Shown: positions 1-8,299, counted from the first letter of the stretch. The stretch is DNA of 49,729 nucleotides from Candidatus Bathyarchaeota archaeon (GCA_020352535.1 CP070679.1:1301016-1350744), one strand, 5' to 3'. Numbers and translations: made by a program. Notes: generated by a model from the letters alone, not told the origin.

Positions 1-78
1 CAGGAAGAAGCTGAGACCGAGAACAAGAAAGAGAATGTAGAAGCTGTTAATGCAGAAGACGATAAGAAGGAAGGTTGA
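1..78 (+). CDS. 3' end of an upstream ORF (partial) with an acidic/lysine-rich tail, QEEAETENKKENVEAVNAEDDKKEG*
   Basis: Open frame 1 runs from the window edge to TGA at 76-78. It lies 4 nt upstream of the S27ae gene. Archaeal S24e-S27ae synteny makes S24e a guess only. Confidence 0.3.
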   Translation, partial: QEEAETENKKENVEAVNAEDDKKEG

Positions 79-82
79 CTGA

Positions 83-418
83 ATGGCTGAGGAAAAGAAG
101 AGTGATGCTGAAGAGCCTAGAGAAGCTGAAGAGAAACAAGAAGAACCAAAAGTCAAGCCAGAAAAGAAAGCCGTGGCGAAGCCTAGGGAGGAGAAGCCTC
201 AAAAGGCAAAGAAGGAGAGAAAAGGCGTCTTCTCCTACTACAAGATTGACGAAACAGGACTTGAGAGGTTACGCCCATTCTGCGAAAGATGTGGATCTGG
301 GTATTTCATGGCAGACCACAAAAATCGTTTCACCTGCGGCCACTGTGGTTTCACACAATACAAGCATAATGAAGCAGCAAGTAATGCAGATAAAACCTTA
401 CAGCCTTCAACGGATTAG
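83..418 (+). CDS. rps27ae: Ribosomal protein eS31 (S27ae) with a long K/E-rich N-terminal extension
   Basis: C-terminal half 'FSYYKIDETG..RLRPFCERCGSGYFMADHKNRFTCGHCGF' matches the S27ae zinc-ribbon pattern (YYKvD..G...R..CP.CG.G.FMA.H.dR..CGkC). GGAAGG lies upstream of the ATG. An in-frame GTG at 173 is an alternative start. Confidence 0.85.
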   Translation: MAEEKKSDAEEPREAEEKQEEPKVKPEKKAVAKPREEKPQKAKKERKGVFSYYKIDETGLERLRPFCERCGSGYFMADHKNRFTCGHCGFTQYKHNEAASNADKTLQPSTD

Positions 419-502
419 TATACAAAGCACACAGAACGCATAGTCCTTTTGCCTATCTCTTCGTGCGCGTCCTCTGAATGCAGGTATTAGGCACAGCTGT
501 CT

Positions 503-907
503 TTACTTCAGTGGAACATACATTGATGATCTAGAAGCCCCGATACCTGGTGACCCATGTCTGACCATCTTGTTTGTTATAGCGAATTCACCTAAATAGT
601 GACCAATCATCTCAGGTCTTATTTCTACTGCTACGAACTCCTTCCCATCGTGGACCAAAACAGTGACTCCAACCATCTCTGGAAGAATAATCATGTCTCG
701 TGCATGTGTCTTGACAGTTTTCTCTGGAGCCGCCCCAGGTGTTTCTTTGATTGCTCGAATGCTCTCAAGGAGAATTCGTTGTTCTCGTGTGAGCCCTCGT
801 TGGAGGCTTCGTCGTTGCCGTGACGGCAGGAGACGAATGAACTCATCCATCGACATACCTTGAAGTCCATCAAGTGTATGACCTTGGTAGGCGAACTCTT
901 TGGGCAA
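503..907 (-). CDS. rps19: Ribosomal protein uS19 (S19p/S15e)
   Basis: 134 aa. '[57 protein letters not shown]' is the typical uS19 core. It lies downstream of uL2. Confidence 0.95.
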   Translation of the reverse strand: MPKEFAYQGHTLDGLQGMSMDEFIRLLPSRQRRSLQRGLTREQRILLESIRAIKETPGAAPEKTVKTHARDMIILPEMVGVTVLVHDGKEFVAVEIRPEMIGHYLGEFAITNKMVRHGSPGIGASRSSMYVPLK

Positions 908-979
908 TTGGTCAACTCCTGATTGCTTCTGGTTTCTTGGATTTATTAAACGTTTCTAGCTCTTCAGAAACGCTCATAG

Positions 980-1714
980 TCATCGCCTTCTTCTCTTCCT
1001 CTTGCCAGTGCTTCTCGCAGCAATCAGACCCACCTTCTTGCCGGGAGGTGCACGTCTAGACACAGTAGTAACCTTGCGTGCCCCTCGTCTACCACTTCCA
1101 TATGGGTGCACAGCAGCTATCATTGCTACACCACGTGTTCGAGGATACAGGTGACCCTTTGCCCGCATCCAATAGCGTTTTGCACCAGCCTTTAAGAAGG
1201 GTTTCTCAAGACGTCCTGCCCCGGATATTACACCAATCGTTGCCCTGCAGAGATCATTGACATACCGAGTTTTTCCGGATGGGAGCTTCAGCATAGTCCC
1301 TTCAGGCGTATGAGCAACGACTGTTGCATAAGAACCTGATGAGCGTGAGAGTTTTCCTCCATCGTTTGGCGAGAGCTCGATGTTGCAAATCATGGTGCCA
1401 GCAGGAATACTGCTCAGCGGGAGGACATTACCAATGCTCACTTGAGCTTTAGCCCCAATTTGGATTGACTGTCCTTCATGAATTCCCTCAGGAATTACTG
1501 TGTAATAGGTTTCACTAGTCTCTAGCCTCACAGAAGCAATCGGTGAACCTCGACCGGGTTCATGGAGTATTCCAACGATCTTGCCCTCAAGAATGTCTTC
1601 TTGCGCCGCTTTGGGGAGATGAGGGTAGCGAACCGGGGCTATTCTCTTATGAGTGGAGGCTACGAAAGTTGGCGAACCTCGACCACGTCTTTGAACTCGA
1701 ATCCTTTTACCCAT
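980..1714 (-). CDS. rpl2: Ribosomal protein uL2
   Basis: 'MGKRIRVQRRGRGSPTF' N-terminus and 'GNVLPLSSIPAGTMICNIE..PNDGGKLSRSSG..A' plus 'HPYGSGRRG' match uL2 motifs. The ORF extends to 1741, but the conserved MGKR start is at 1714. Confidence 0.95.
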   Translation of the reverse strand: MGKRIRVQRRGRGSPTFVASTHKRIAPVRYPHLPKAAQEDILEGKIVGILHEPGRGSPIASVRLETSETYYTVIPEGIHEGQSIQIGAKAQVSIGNVLPLSSIPAGTMICNIELSPNDGGKLSRSSGSYATVVAHTPEGTMLKLPSGKTRYVNDLCRATIGVISGAGRLEKPFLKAGAKRYWMRAKGHLYPRTRGVAMIAAVHPYGSGRRGARKVTTVSRRAPPGKKVGLIAARSTGKRKRRRR

Positions 1715-1727
1715 GTGTCCACTCTCA

Positions 1728-1994
1728 TTATAAGATGCCAAGCTTAATCGCTACATCAACTGCCTTATAGTCCGGTTGAAGCTTAACAAAGGCCTTCTTC
1801 TCGCCGGTAGGCGTGATTGAAGTATTAACGCTTTGGACTTCGACTTCGTAGAGCTCCTCAACAGCTCGCTTGATGTCACCCTTCGTGCCTTTAAGGTTAA
1901 CCACAAAGACGAGTTTATTCTCAGTCTCCAGTAAACGGCTCGTAACCTCTGTCATAACTGGGTATATAATGATGTCATAGGCGTCCAAATTCAT
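1728..1994 (-). CDS. rpl23: Ribosomal protein uL23
   Basis: 88 aa. 'IIIYPVMTEVTSRLLETENKLVFVVNLKGTKGDIKRAVEELYEVEV.SVNT' is the uL23 pattern. It sits between uL4 and uL2, with a 4-nt overlap with uL4. Confidence 0.9.
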   Translation of the reverse strand: MNLDAYDIIIYPVMTEVTSRLLETENKLVFVVNLKGTKGDIKRAVEELYEVEVQSVNTSITPTGEKKAFVKLQPDYKAVDVAIKLGIL

Positions 1995-2770
1995 CTTCTC
2001 CCGAATAGCGCATCTACTTTCTCAAACGCTGAGTGCGTCCAAATGACCAGTCTGCCAGAGTGAGTGCCAGGCGCTAGAAGCTCAGCATTTATGTTGTCGA
2101 CTTCAACTGCATCCACTCCTGGGATGTTGCGAGCTGCCTCAACGGCTCCTGCATTCTTGGCTACAACTAATAGTGGTCCTACGCTTTGTTTTATCCTCCG
2201 ACCGCGGCCCTTACCTTTCCCGGCTCGCACCTTTCGGCTCTCTTTGACCCGATAGACGTCTGGCCACACTCCCAGCTGAATGAACACCTCTTCAACTTCC
2301 TTGGTTGTTCTCAAGGCTTCGATGTCATCTACCACCACCAAGGGGAAGTCAGGGATATCTTCTACGACGTGCCCTCTAGAGGATACCATCTCCTTGGAAG
2401 CAGTGGCTGCGATTGCTGAGCGAAGAGCCAGTTGCTTTTCCTTTCGTGGAATCCTCTTCCTAATCTTCTTCTCCGCTCTTGGTGGATGCGTAGCCCTGCC
2501 TCCAACCGCAGATGAGATAAAGGCTGCCCGTTGTCCGCCCTTTATTCTTGAGACTCGGGCGATTCCCAAACCGGTTCCCCGAGATTCTGCCGTCGTTCGC
2601 TTTCCAGCGAGAGGGTCTCGACCTTGGGGTTGGAACCTATGGGACTGGATCGCGATTACTGCCCGTTTTATGACGTCTGGTCTTGATGGCGTTTTGAAGA
2701 TTGGGGGAATAATAATATTTCCTGTGGATTTTCCTTTGAGGTTAAAAATTTTAGCAGAGCGCTTTCCCAT
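1991..2770 (-). CDS. rpl4: Ribosomal protein uL4 (L4/L1e)
   Basis: 'QPQGRDPLAGKRTTAESRGTGLGIARVSRIKGG' and '..RAGKGKGRGRR' are uL4 hallmarks. The ORF runs to 2911, but that part overlaps uL3. The ATG at 2770 (MGKRSAKIFNLKG) sits 16 nt after the uL3 stop. Confidence 0.9.
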   Translation of the reverse strand: MGKRSAKIFNLKGKSTGNIIIPPIFKTPSRPDVIKRAVIAIQSHRFQPQGRDPLAGKRTTAESRGTGLGIARVSRIKGGQRAAFISSAVGGRATHPPRAEKKIRKRIPRKEKQLALRSAIAATASKEMVSSRGHVVEDIPDFPLVVVDDIEALRTTKEVEEVFIQLGVWPDVYRVKESRKVRAGKGKGRGRRIKQSVGPLLVVAKNAGAVEAARNIPGVDAVEVDNINAELLAPGTHSGRLVIWTHSAFEKVDALFGRR

Positions 2771-2786
2771 GTTTCCCACTTGCTCC

Positions 2787-3794
2787 TTACCCTTGCGGGG
2801 ACTCGAGGGATATGTAAGTGACCTTCGGTGCAGCTTCTGGAACCGCTTTCGGTGAGCGAGCTGGAGCCCGTAATCGTATAAGCCGCTTTGTCGAACCAGG
2901 AATGCTCCCATCTAGCAGTATGTACGTTCCTCGTACCAGACCGTAGCGTATGAATCCGCCTTTTGGAGTTACTTCTGCTCCATCTGTACCTATCTTTAGT
3001 ATGCGTTTGTTGTATTCAGTTCTTTGGTGATAGCCCATTTGCCCTGCTCTTGGCACAGTATATAAAACCCTAGTTGGGTGCCACGGTCCTATGACTGCGA
3101 CGCCTCGTTTGGTTTTGCGGGATTTACGAGGTAGAATCTTAATGCCCCAGCGTTTCACAGGTCCCTGAAAACCCTTTCCTTTGGTCACGCCCACAATGTC
3201 AACATACTGGCCTTCCTTGAACACCTCCATAACGGAGACCGTTTTTCCTAACAGCTTCTTCGCGTGTTCAAATTGCTGTTCAGTTGTGCCTCCATCAATC
3301 TTGATTTCGGTGATTTCAGGCTTCTTCTTAGGGACACTAGCTTCTCTAGGTTGTGTGGCAGCTAGGAATCTGAACTCGGTGATGCTATCAATTTGACTCT
3401 TCATCTTCTCTAAGGCTTGAGTAGGATCGAAGTGCTCGGGTAAAGTCATAGAGCGGTTGAGAAGCTTTGGCGGGTCTTTCATCCAAGCTTCAGTAAACGA
3501 GTGCAGACCATATGGGTCTCTTGTATAGGCTCGGAGGGCAAATAGGGTGATTGGCGGAGCATCTATTACAGTAGCGGGGTGAGCTGTCTCCTTACCAAAG
3601 TTTGGTGAACGTTCGTCATCTTCGACCAAGAACACATGAGTCATTCCTGCTTTGTATCCCATGAATCCTAATAGGATCGGACCCTCCTCTGCTTTTGGCC
3701 AGTAGCGGATTCGCCCGGTTTCACTTGCGGCACGCCCTCTAGGCAAATAGGCTAGTGAACCACGTCGTGGAGCGCTCTTCTTTCGATGACCCAT
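2787..3794 (-). CDS. rpl3: Ribosomal protein uL3
   Basis: 335 aa. 'MGHRKKSAPRRGSLAYLPR', 'GYKAGMTHV' and 'GVTKGKGFQGPVKRWG' are canonical archaeal uL3 motifs. It is the first gene of the cluster. Confidence 0.95.
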   Translation of the reverse strand: MGHRKKSAPRRGSLAYLPRGRAASETGRIRYWPKAEEGPILLGFMGYKAGMTHVFLVEDDERSPNFGKETAHPATVIDAPPITLFALRAYTRDPYGLHSFTEAWMKDPPKLLNRSMTLPEHFDPTQALEKMKSQIDSITEFRFLAATQPREASVPKKKPEITEIKIDGGTTEQQFEHAKKLLGKTVSVMEVFKEGQYVDIVGVTKGKGFQGPVKRWGIKILPRKSRKTKRGVAVIGPWHPTRVLYTVPRAGQMGYHQRTEYNKRILKIGTDGAEVTPKGGFIRYGLVRGTYILLDGSIPGSTKRLIRLRAPARSPKAVPEAAPKVTYISLESPQG

Positions 3795-4030
3795 GCGTTG
3801 CTGTCCTTCTTTTCAATACATTATTCTAGGTCGTCTTTGTTTCAATAAGAGCTTCGAGTTATAAACATTGCTTTTAAGGTGCTCTAGACATATGACCGAG
3901 TCACGGCTAAGGTCGAACGCGGGGAGATGGGATATGAAATATATTTTACAGTTTTCCTGCAAAATGCTTTAAATAATCGTATATCGTAATATATCGGATA
4001 GAGTCCGACCTCTGGAATTGGTGATTGACT

Positions 4031-4180
4031 ATGAGCACACCCTCAAATCATGTAGTCTGCGAGTGGCAAGTAGCTTTTCGACCGGTAAACATTAAGGATA
4101 TTTTGCGTCTTTTGAAAGCTGTCCTGGAAACCAAAATTCAAAGGCTTTTTAGTGCTTGGAAGAACCTGAAAGGGCAGTAG
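4031..4180 (+). CDS. Candidate 49-aa small protein (MSTPSNHVVCEWQVAFRPVNIKDILRLLKAVLETKIQRLFSAWKNLKGQ)
   Basis: ATG preceded by GGTGA 8 nt upstream and by an AT-rich TATA-like stretch (3969-3999). It is below the ORF-track cutoff and I recognise no family. Confidence 0.25.
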   Translation: MSTPSNHVVCEWQVAFRPVNIKDILRLLKAVLETKIQRLFSAWKNLKGQ

Positions 4181-4333
4181 GTCAACATCAACGCTACGGA
4201 TTTCCATACAATTGGCTGCCTAGTCGAGGAATCCATCACTCTGACAACATATAGGCTAGAAGGTCAGCTTTATCGAAACGCTTTTCTAGTGCTGCCATCA
4301 TTTCACGTTATCTGTTTCCAAGAGGTCTGGAGA

Positions 4334-4558
4334 ATGGCAAAGAAGGCAACTGAGGAAGACTGGGAGAACTTGACATTAGACGAGAAGCTAAACGTGCTTC
4401 GAGATAAGGTTAATGAGATGGCAAGTATAATCCAGAAGATTGTCGAGGATATGTACGTGGATGAGGAAGAGTGCGAAGGCGACGAAGAGGCTCCAGCTCG
4501 AGGAGAGATGAAGTCGCCAGCTTCAAGGAAGTTGCAGCCTCTCAGGTATATCACCTAA
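4334..4558 (+). CDS. Small acidic hypothetical protein (74 aa)
   Basis: ATG at 4334 preceded by GGAG. Helical, acidic sequence 'MAKKATEEDWENLTLDEKLNVLRDKVNEMASIIQKIVEDMYVDEEECEGDEE'. The track ORF starts at 4289, but that N-terminus looks non-coding. Confidence 0.4.
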   Translation: MAKKATEEDWENLTLDEKLNVLRDKVNEMASIIQKIVEDMYVDEEECEGDEEAPARGEMKSPASRKLQPLRYIT

Positions 4559-4685
4559 TTTTAATCGTTCAAAGCGCTGGAAGCAAAAGCAAGCTTAAAG
4601 TTTCCACCGTATCTAGACTGGCGTAAGACGAATGGTCCAGAAGGAATTTCAAGATACAGCGGTAGCATTACAGATACAAACCAGA

Positions 4686-5546
4686 CTATAGGGTTCCAAC
4701 GGAAATATTCAAGACTGCCAAGCATGTGAGGACCGCCTCCACCGTCCTTACAGTCTCAGTTCCCTGACCTGGAACCAGGTTCACCACAAAGTCCGTGACT
4801 TCCGACAGTTTTGCGCCCTCACGTCTCAGAATCTCGTGTAATCCTGCAGTCGGGGAGCCAAAGGCAATTAGTATCCTACTAGCATTATTCCATTGTTCAG
4901 TCATCTCATCGACAACCTTCATGAATGGAACTCCTCGACGTGAAGTGGCAACTACTAGGTCGAAACATCCCGTTTTCACCAACTGCCTCAGTCCAGCAGC
5001 TGAAACTCGTGTTTGGTAGCCCCAATACGGCTCAACATCATCACGACGAACCAATGAGCCCTTAAGATGCCTTCCTAGTTCAGCAAGCTTCACTGTGACT
5101 CTGTTATTAGTCGGAAGCTTCACATCAGAAACAAGGACAGATCGCTTTACACCAATGTCAACATAGGAACCAGCGTCAGTTTGGGAGATGACTACACCTT
5201 CACGATACTCTCCGATCTTCAAGTCTCTAATCCTGCTGCATATAGGGTGGTGTGGTGTGCGCAATGGTGGAAGGATACCAGCATACCGCAACTCAGGCCG
5301 AAGTCCGAACAGCCGTTTGCGGAGATACTGAGGGGTTTCAATATAGGATAAAATGGAAGCAATCAGATGCGAATCATGGCTTTGATTTGAGTTTGGAGTA
5401 TCATGAAAAATCACGATTTCATCTATACGGAATATTGCTGCTGCTCTGCCGACAAGGCCAATCTTGAAGGTCTTCTCTCGAAGATGAGGGATATCTGACG
5501 CTAACGAGGCAGGCAAGGCGATAGATAGCTTAGGATGATATTTCAT
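4686..5546 (-). CDS. SPOUT-class RNA methyltransferase-like protein (COG2106/DUF171, C9orf114/SPOUT1-like) with an inserted OB/S1-like segment
   Basis: 'LSIALPASLASDIPHLREKTFKIGLVGRAAAIFRIDEIVIF' at the N-terminus and 'ILIAFGSPTAGL.EI' near the C-terminus fit my recollection of this archaeo-eukaryotic family. The middle 'GEYREGVVIS..AGSYVDIGV' is OB-like. Confidence 0.7.
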   Translation of the reverse strand: MKYHPKLSIALPASLASDIPHLREKTFKIGLVGRAAAIFRIDEIVIFHDTPNSNQSHDSHLIASILSYIETPQYLRKRLFGLRPELRYAGILPPLRTPHHPICSRIRDLKIGEYREGVVISQTDAGSYVDIGVKRSVLVSDVKLPTNNRVTVKLAELGRHLKGSLVRRDDVEPYWGYQTRVSAAGLRQLVKTGCFDLVVATSRRGVPFMKVVDEMTEQWNNASRILIAFGSPTAGLHEILRREGAKLSEVTDFVVNLVPGQGTETVRTVEAVLTCLAVLNISVGTL

Positions 5547-5786
5547 AGGGTTTCCCCATTTGAGCTCAGGTTTTACTCCGTCATATCAATGTGCATCATG
5601 ATGGTATTTAGCCATTCAACCCAAGGTCTTCCTATTTATGCTGTTAGGGGAATTCAGGCTATTGTGTATTCGCCTTGGAATAATCACACGCGCATATCCT
5701 ACGAAGGTCTGAGATAATCCTACGAGGCCCTGCGGAATACTTGACAATGATTTGCGCGACGCATAATTAGACGAGTACAACCCAGT

Positions 5787-6266
5787 TCTAATCTAAGGGA
5801 TTGTCCCCCTTTACTCCTTTCTAATCCCTTTGGAGTCGGAATAGCGCCTTGTTATCCCTCTGCGTCCTCTCCTAGTAATTCTTACTCGCCCCATAAGGTG
5901 ATTCAATTCTACCCCAGTTGTTCCATTTTATCCCTGGATTCCTTGACTTTGCGCCACGTATCACATAATTACATGAGGTTTGTCCAGGGGGGCTGTCCCC
6001 TTGATTCCCATTTTATCCCCTTTTGTCCCTTTTTTGTCCCATGGGGCTGCCCCCGGACTGCCCCCTTTGGCCCCCTATGGGGGCAAGGGGGATAGGGGGA
6101 CATTAGGAATCCCTCTTTCCAACATTCCATCTATGTTGGTCTCCCTTTAGCTTCTCTAGGGGATGAGCTGTTGTGAGAAAAGGGGACAAGGGACAAATAA
6201 AGGCGCATGGGTTAGGAGAAGTTTCCAGGAGAAACGTAATCAACCTTGCATAACTATTTATCCCCA
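5787..6266. repeat. Non-coding island with at least 10 copies of a T(G/A)TCCC(C) motif, C5/G5 tracts and nested GC hairpins
   Basis: Motif copies occur near 5801, 5823, 5852, 5928, 5994, 6005, 6013, 6024, 6035, 6110 and 6258, with inverted copies at 6182-6197. C5 tracts at 6051-55, 6062-66 and 6072-76 face G5 tracts at 6080-84, 6088-92 and 6096-6100. No credible ORF. Confidence 0.6.
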
Positions 6267-6314
6267 GCATCACACTCAAGCATACCTGTTTCATGAAACC
6301 TTCGAGGTGATAGA

Positions 6315-7463
6315 ATGCAGGTGGATATGATTCTCGACGCACTGAAAAACTTGGCCCGAATCGACAAGAGCGATCTGCTGGGTTTCTGCATGAAAATTCC
6401 TGAGAGCTGCCGGGACGCGATACGAAGAACAGAGGAAACTGAGATTCCCAAAGAGGTCAAAGTATCCAAGCAGATTACGATAAAATACGGGAAACCAAGA
6501 AACATCATAGTCACAGGCATGGGTGGCTCTGCTATCGGAGGAGAGATACTTCAAGACTGGCTTCGAGATAGACTGACTGTTCCAGTCGAGATTTGCAGAG
6601 ATTATGTTCTTCCAGCATATGCTGATAGAAGCACGCTCGTTATTGCAGTCAGCTTCTCAGGGGAAACTGAAGAAACACTTAGTGCATTCGTAGATGCCAT
6701 TGGCAGAAGGTGTATGGTCATCACTATAAGCTCGGGAGGACGCTTGCTCTCCGCCTCAAAGGGAATGAAATTACCTCATGTAGTGATACCGAATGGACGA
6801 CCGCCCAGAGCCGCTATTCCTCACTTGTTCTTTCCCTTGCCAATCCTCTTGGAGAAGATGGATGTAATTGCAGGCTTGGATAGAGAGTTGAATGAGACTA
6901 TACAGGTTGTTGAGTCAGTAAGCAAAGAGAATTCGCCCCTCATTGCTACAAGGGAGAACCCGTCAAAGACCCTGGCTCTGGAACTGAGAGAGTCAATACC
7001 TGTAGTCTATGGGTTTAGGCAGTTCAGAGCTATAGCCCATAGATTGAAGACACAGTTTAATGAGAATAGTAAACAATTTAGTACATACAATGTCTTCCCC
7101 GAACTCAATCACAATGAAATAGTCGCATGGGAGAGCCCTGAGATCGCTACTAAGGGATTTGCAGTTGTGCTCATCCGAGATCCTGATGAACCTCTTGAAA
7201 TCAAACATAGAATCGAAATCATTAAACGGTTTGCGGCCCAGAGAGCTCAAAAGGTCTTGGAAATCCCCGCGAATGGCAAACAAAGACTTGCGAAGATGTT
7301 CTCCGTGATGTTGAAAGGGGACTTTGCAAGCGTCTATCTGGCGATTCTTCGAGGCCTAGATCCGACGCCTGTGAAGACCATCGATGAGACAAAGGCTGAG
7401 TTGAGTAGAAAGTCTGATATGTTGCAGAAGCTGGACCGAGAAATCCTGAAGCTAACCAATTGA
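6315..7463 (+). CDS. Bifunctional phosphoglucose/phosphomannose isomerase-like SIS-domain protein
   Basis: 'NIIVTGMGGSAIGGEIL' and 'LVIAVSFSGETEETL' are SIS motifs. The C-terminal 'FSTYNVFPELNHNEIVAWE' resembles the archaeal PGI/PMI family signature. Confidence 0.7.
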   Translation: MQVDMILDALKNLARIDKSDLLGFCMKIPESCRDAIRRTEETEIPKEVKVSKQITIKYGKPRNIIVTGMGGSAIGGEILQDWLRDRLTVPVEICRDYVLPAYADRSTLVIAVSFSGETEETLSAFVDAIGRRCMVITISSGGRLLSASKGMKLPHVVIPNGRPPRAAIPHLFFPLPILLEKMDVIAGLDRELNETIQVVESVSKENSPLIATRENPSKTLALELRESIPVVYGFRQFRAIAHRLKTQFNENSKQFSTYNVFPELNHNEIVAWESPEIATKGFAVVLIRDPDEPLEIKHRIEIIKRFAAQRAQKVLEIPANGKQRLAKMFSVMLKGDFASVYLAILRGLDPTPVKTIDETKAELSRKSDMLQKLDREILKLTN

Positions 7464-7556
7464 GGGTTGGGCTTCAGGGAAAAGACTTCTGTGAAAATTC
7501 AGCGGTTTCGCAGAAGTTTTCTGAGGAGAGCTTCTGATGCGTGCCCTTCATAAAGC

Positions 7557-7564
7557 TTTTATAC
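7557..7564 (+). promoter_or_regulatory. TATA-like box (TTTTATAC) upstream of the Sm-like gene
   Basis: AT-rich octamer about 33 nt upstream of the ATG at 7597. This favours a short or leaderless transcript starting after the upstream in-frame ATGs. Confidence 0.3.
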
Positions 7565-7596
7565 GTTTGAGTTTGTGTCTAATGATGGTGTCCGTT

Positions 7597-7836
7597 ATGG
7601 AGCCTAGTATGAAACCCCTCAATGTTTTAGCAAAGTTGCTGAATTCCCATGTAGCTATTGTTCTGAAAAGTGGCGTTGAGTATCGAGGAACAGTAATTCG
7701 TTGTGATGGCTATATGAATGTCTTACTCGAGGGTGCAGCCGAACGGTTTAGAGATGAGTTGGTCGCCAATTACGGTCGTGTCTTGGTGAGAGGAAACAAC
7801 GTCCTTTACATCAGGACTGATGTCCCAAAAAAGTGA
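7597..7836 (+). CDS. Sm-like archaeal protein (SmAP/LSm)
   Basis: 'PLNVLAKLLNSHVAIVLKSGVEYRGTVIRCDGYMNVLLEGAAE......G.VLVRGNNVLYI' carries the Sm1 and Sm2 motifs. The ORF opens at 7537, but its hydrophobic leader is unlikely to be translated. The start could also be 7609. Confidence 0.85.
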   Translation: MEPSMKPLNVLAKLLNSHVAIVLKSGVEYRGTVIRCDGYMNVLLEGAAERFRDELVANYGRVLVRGNNVLYIRTDVPKK

Positions 7837-8003
7837 GCATGCACGGCTGCAATCACCTAGAAGGCTCTTAGCAGCTTCCAATGATAAGGGCAATGCTAGG
7901 GCATACTAGTTCTTCATGTCTTGGCTTTAGGAAACCTTGAACAGTGTAGCCCTTAGAAACGCTGACTGCTGCAAGGTAAAGATGATAGAAGAAATGCGAG
8001 ATG

Positions 8004-8222
8004 TTAGTGTTGTTGCTTCCTTAGCGCATCAACTGTGGAGCTGCCTAGAGCCAAGGTCAGTATGAGAGACCAGATGCCAGTGGCACGTACAATAGCGTTA
8101 GGAATTGTAAGCAGGAAACAGAATAAGAACCAGACACCCATCACTGCAGCAGGTGCAGCGACCACCATCCATAATTCTTTCCAAGTGTAAATCGTCAGTA
8201 GATCTTTGAGCCACTGCTTCAC
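8004..8222 (-). CDS. Small membrane protein (72 aa, two predicted TM helices)
   Basis: ORF with two hydrophobic stretches (WMVVAAPAAVMGVWFLFCFLL and GIWSLILTLALG). No family recognised. Confidence 0.4.
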   Translation of the reverse strand: MKQWLKDLLTIYTWKELWMVVAAPAAVMGVWFLFCFLLTIPNAIVRATGIWSLILTLALGSSTVDALRKQQH

Positions 8223-8299
8223 AAGATCACGCCTTCTCTCTCGTTTTCTACCAAAGGAGCCAAAGGTTATTAAACCTTTTTAGCGGTGTCTACCATGAG

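Noticed and set aside
2280-2855. 191-aa plus-strand ORF, with similar ORFs at 2064-2255 and 2186-2419
   Set aside because: They lie entirely antisense to the well-supported uL4 and uL3 genes. Composition is low-complexity Ser/Thr/Ala-rich. These are shadow ORFs.
3988-3999. 12-nt identity 'aatatatcggat' shared with 19370-19381, both in TATA-like regions upstream of small ORFs
   Set aside because: A single 12-mer match is expected by chance many times in a 50-kb window (on the order of N^2/4^12), especially in AT-rich promoter DNA. There is no extended similarity around it.
5597-5711. ATGATGG ... CTGA as a C/D-box sRNA in the SPOUT-PGI spacer
   Set aside because: The boxes are ~110 nt apart, whereas archaeal C/D sRNAs are ~50-60 nt. 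There are no internal C'/D' boxes.
5898-6095. 65-aa ORF (MIQFYPSC...CPFFVPWGCPRTAPFGPLWGQGG) inside the C/G-tract island, and the minus-strand ORFs at 6103-6554
   Set aside because: The Pro/Cys/Gly-rich sequence is a direct translation of the C- and G-tracts. There is no SD or TATA context. The minus-strand ORFs overlap the PGI/PMI start. I treated the region as non-coding.
5787-6266. CRISPR array or confident replication-origin call for the TGTCCC-motif island
   Set aside because: The motif copies are only 6-9 nt, irregularly spaced and in both orientations, so this is not a CRISPR array. For an origin I see only one loosely ORB-like dyad (6222-6236), no orc1/cdc6 gene nearby and no long AT-rich unwinding element. 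I kept it as a hypothesis in the findings only.
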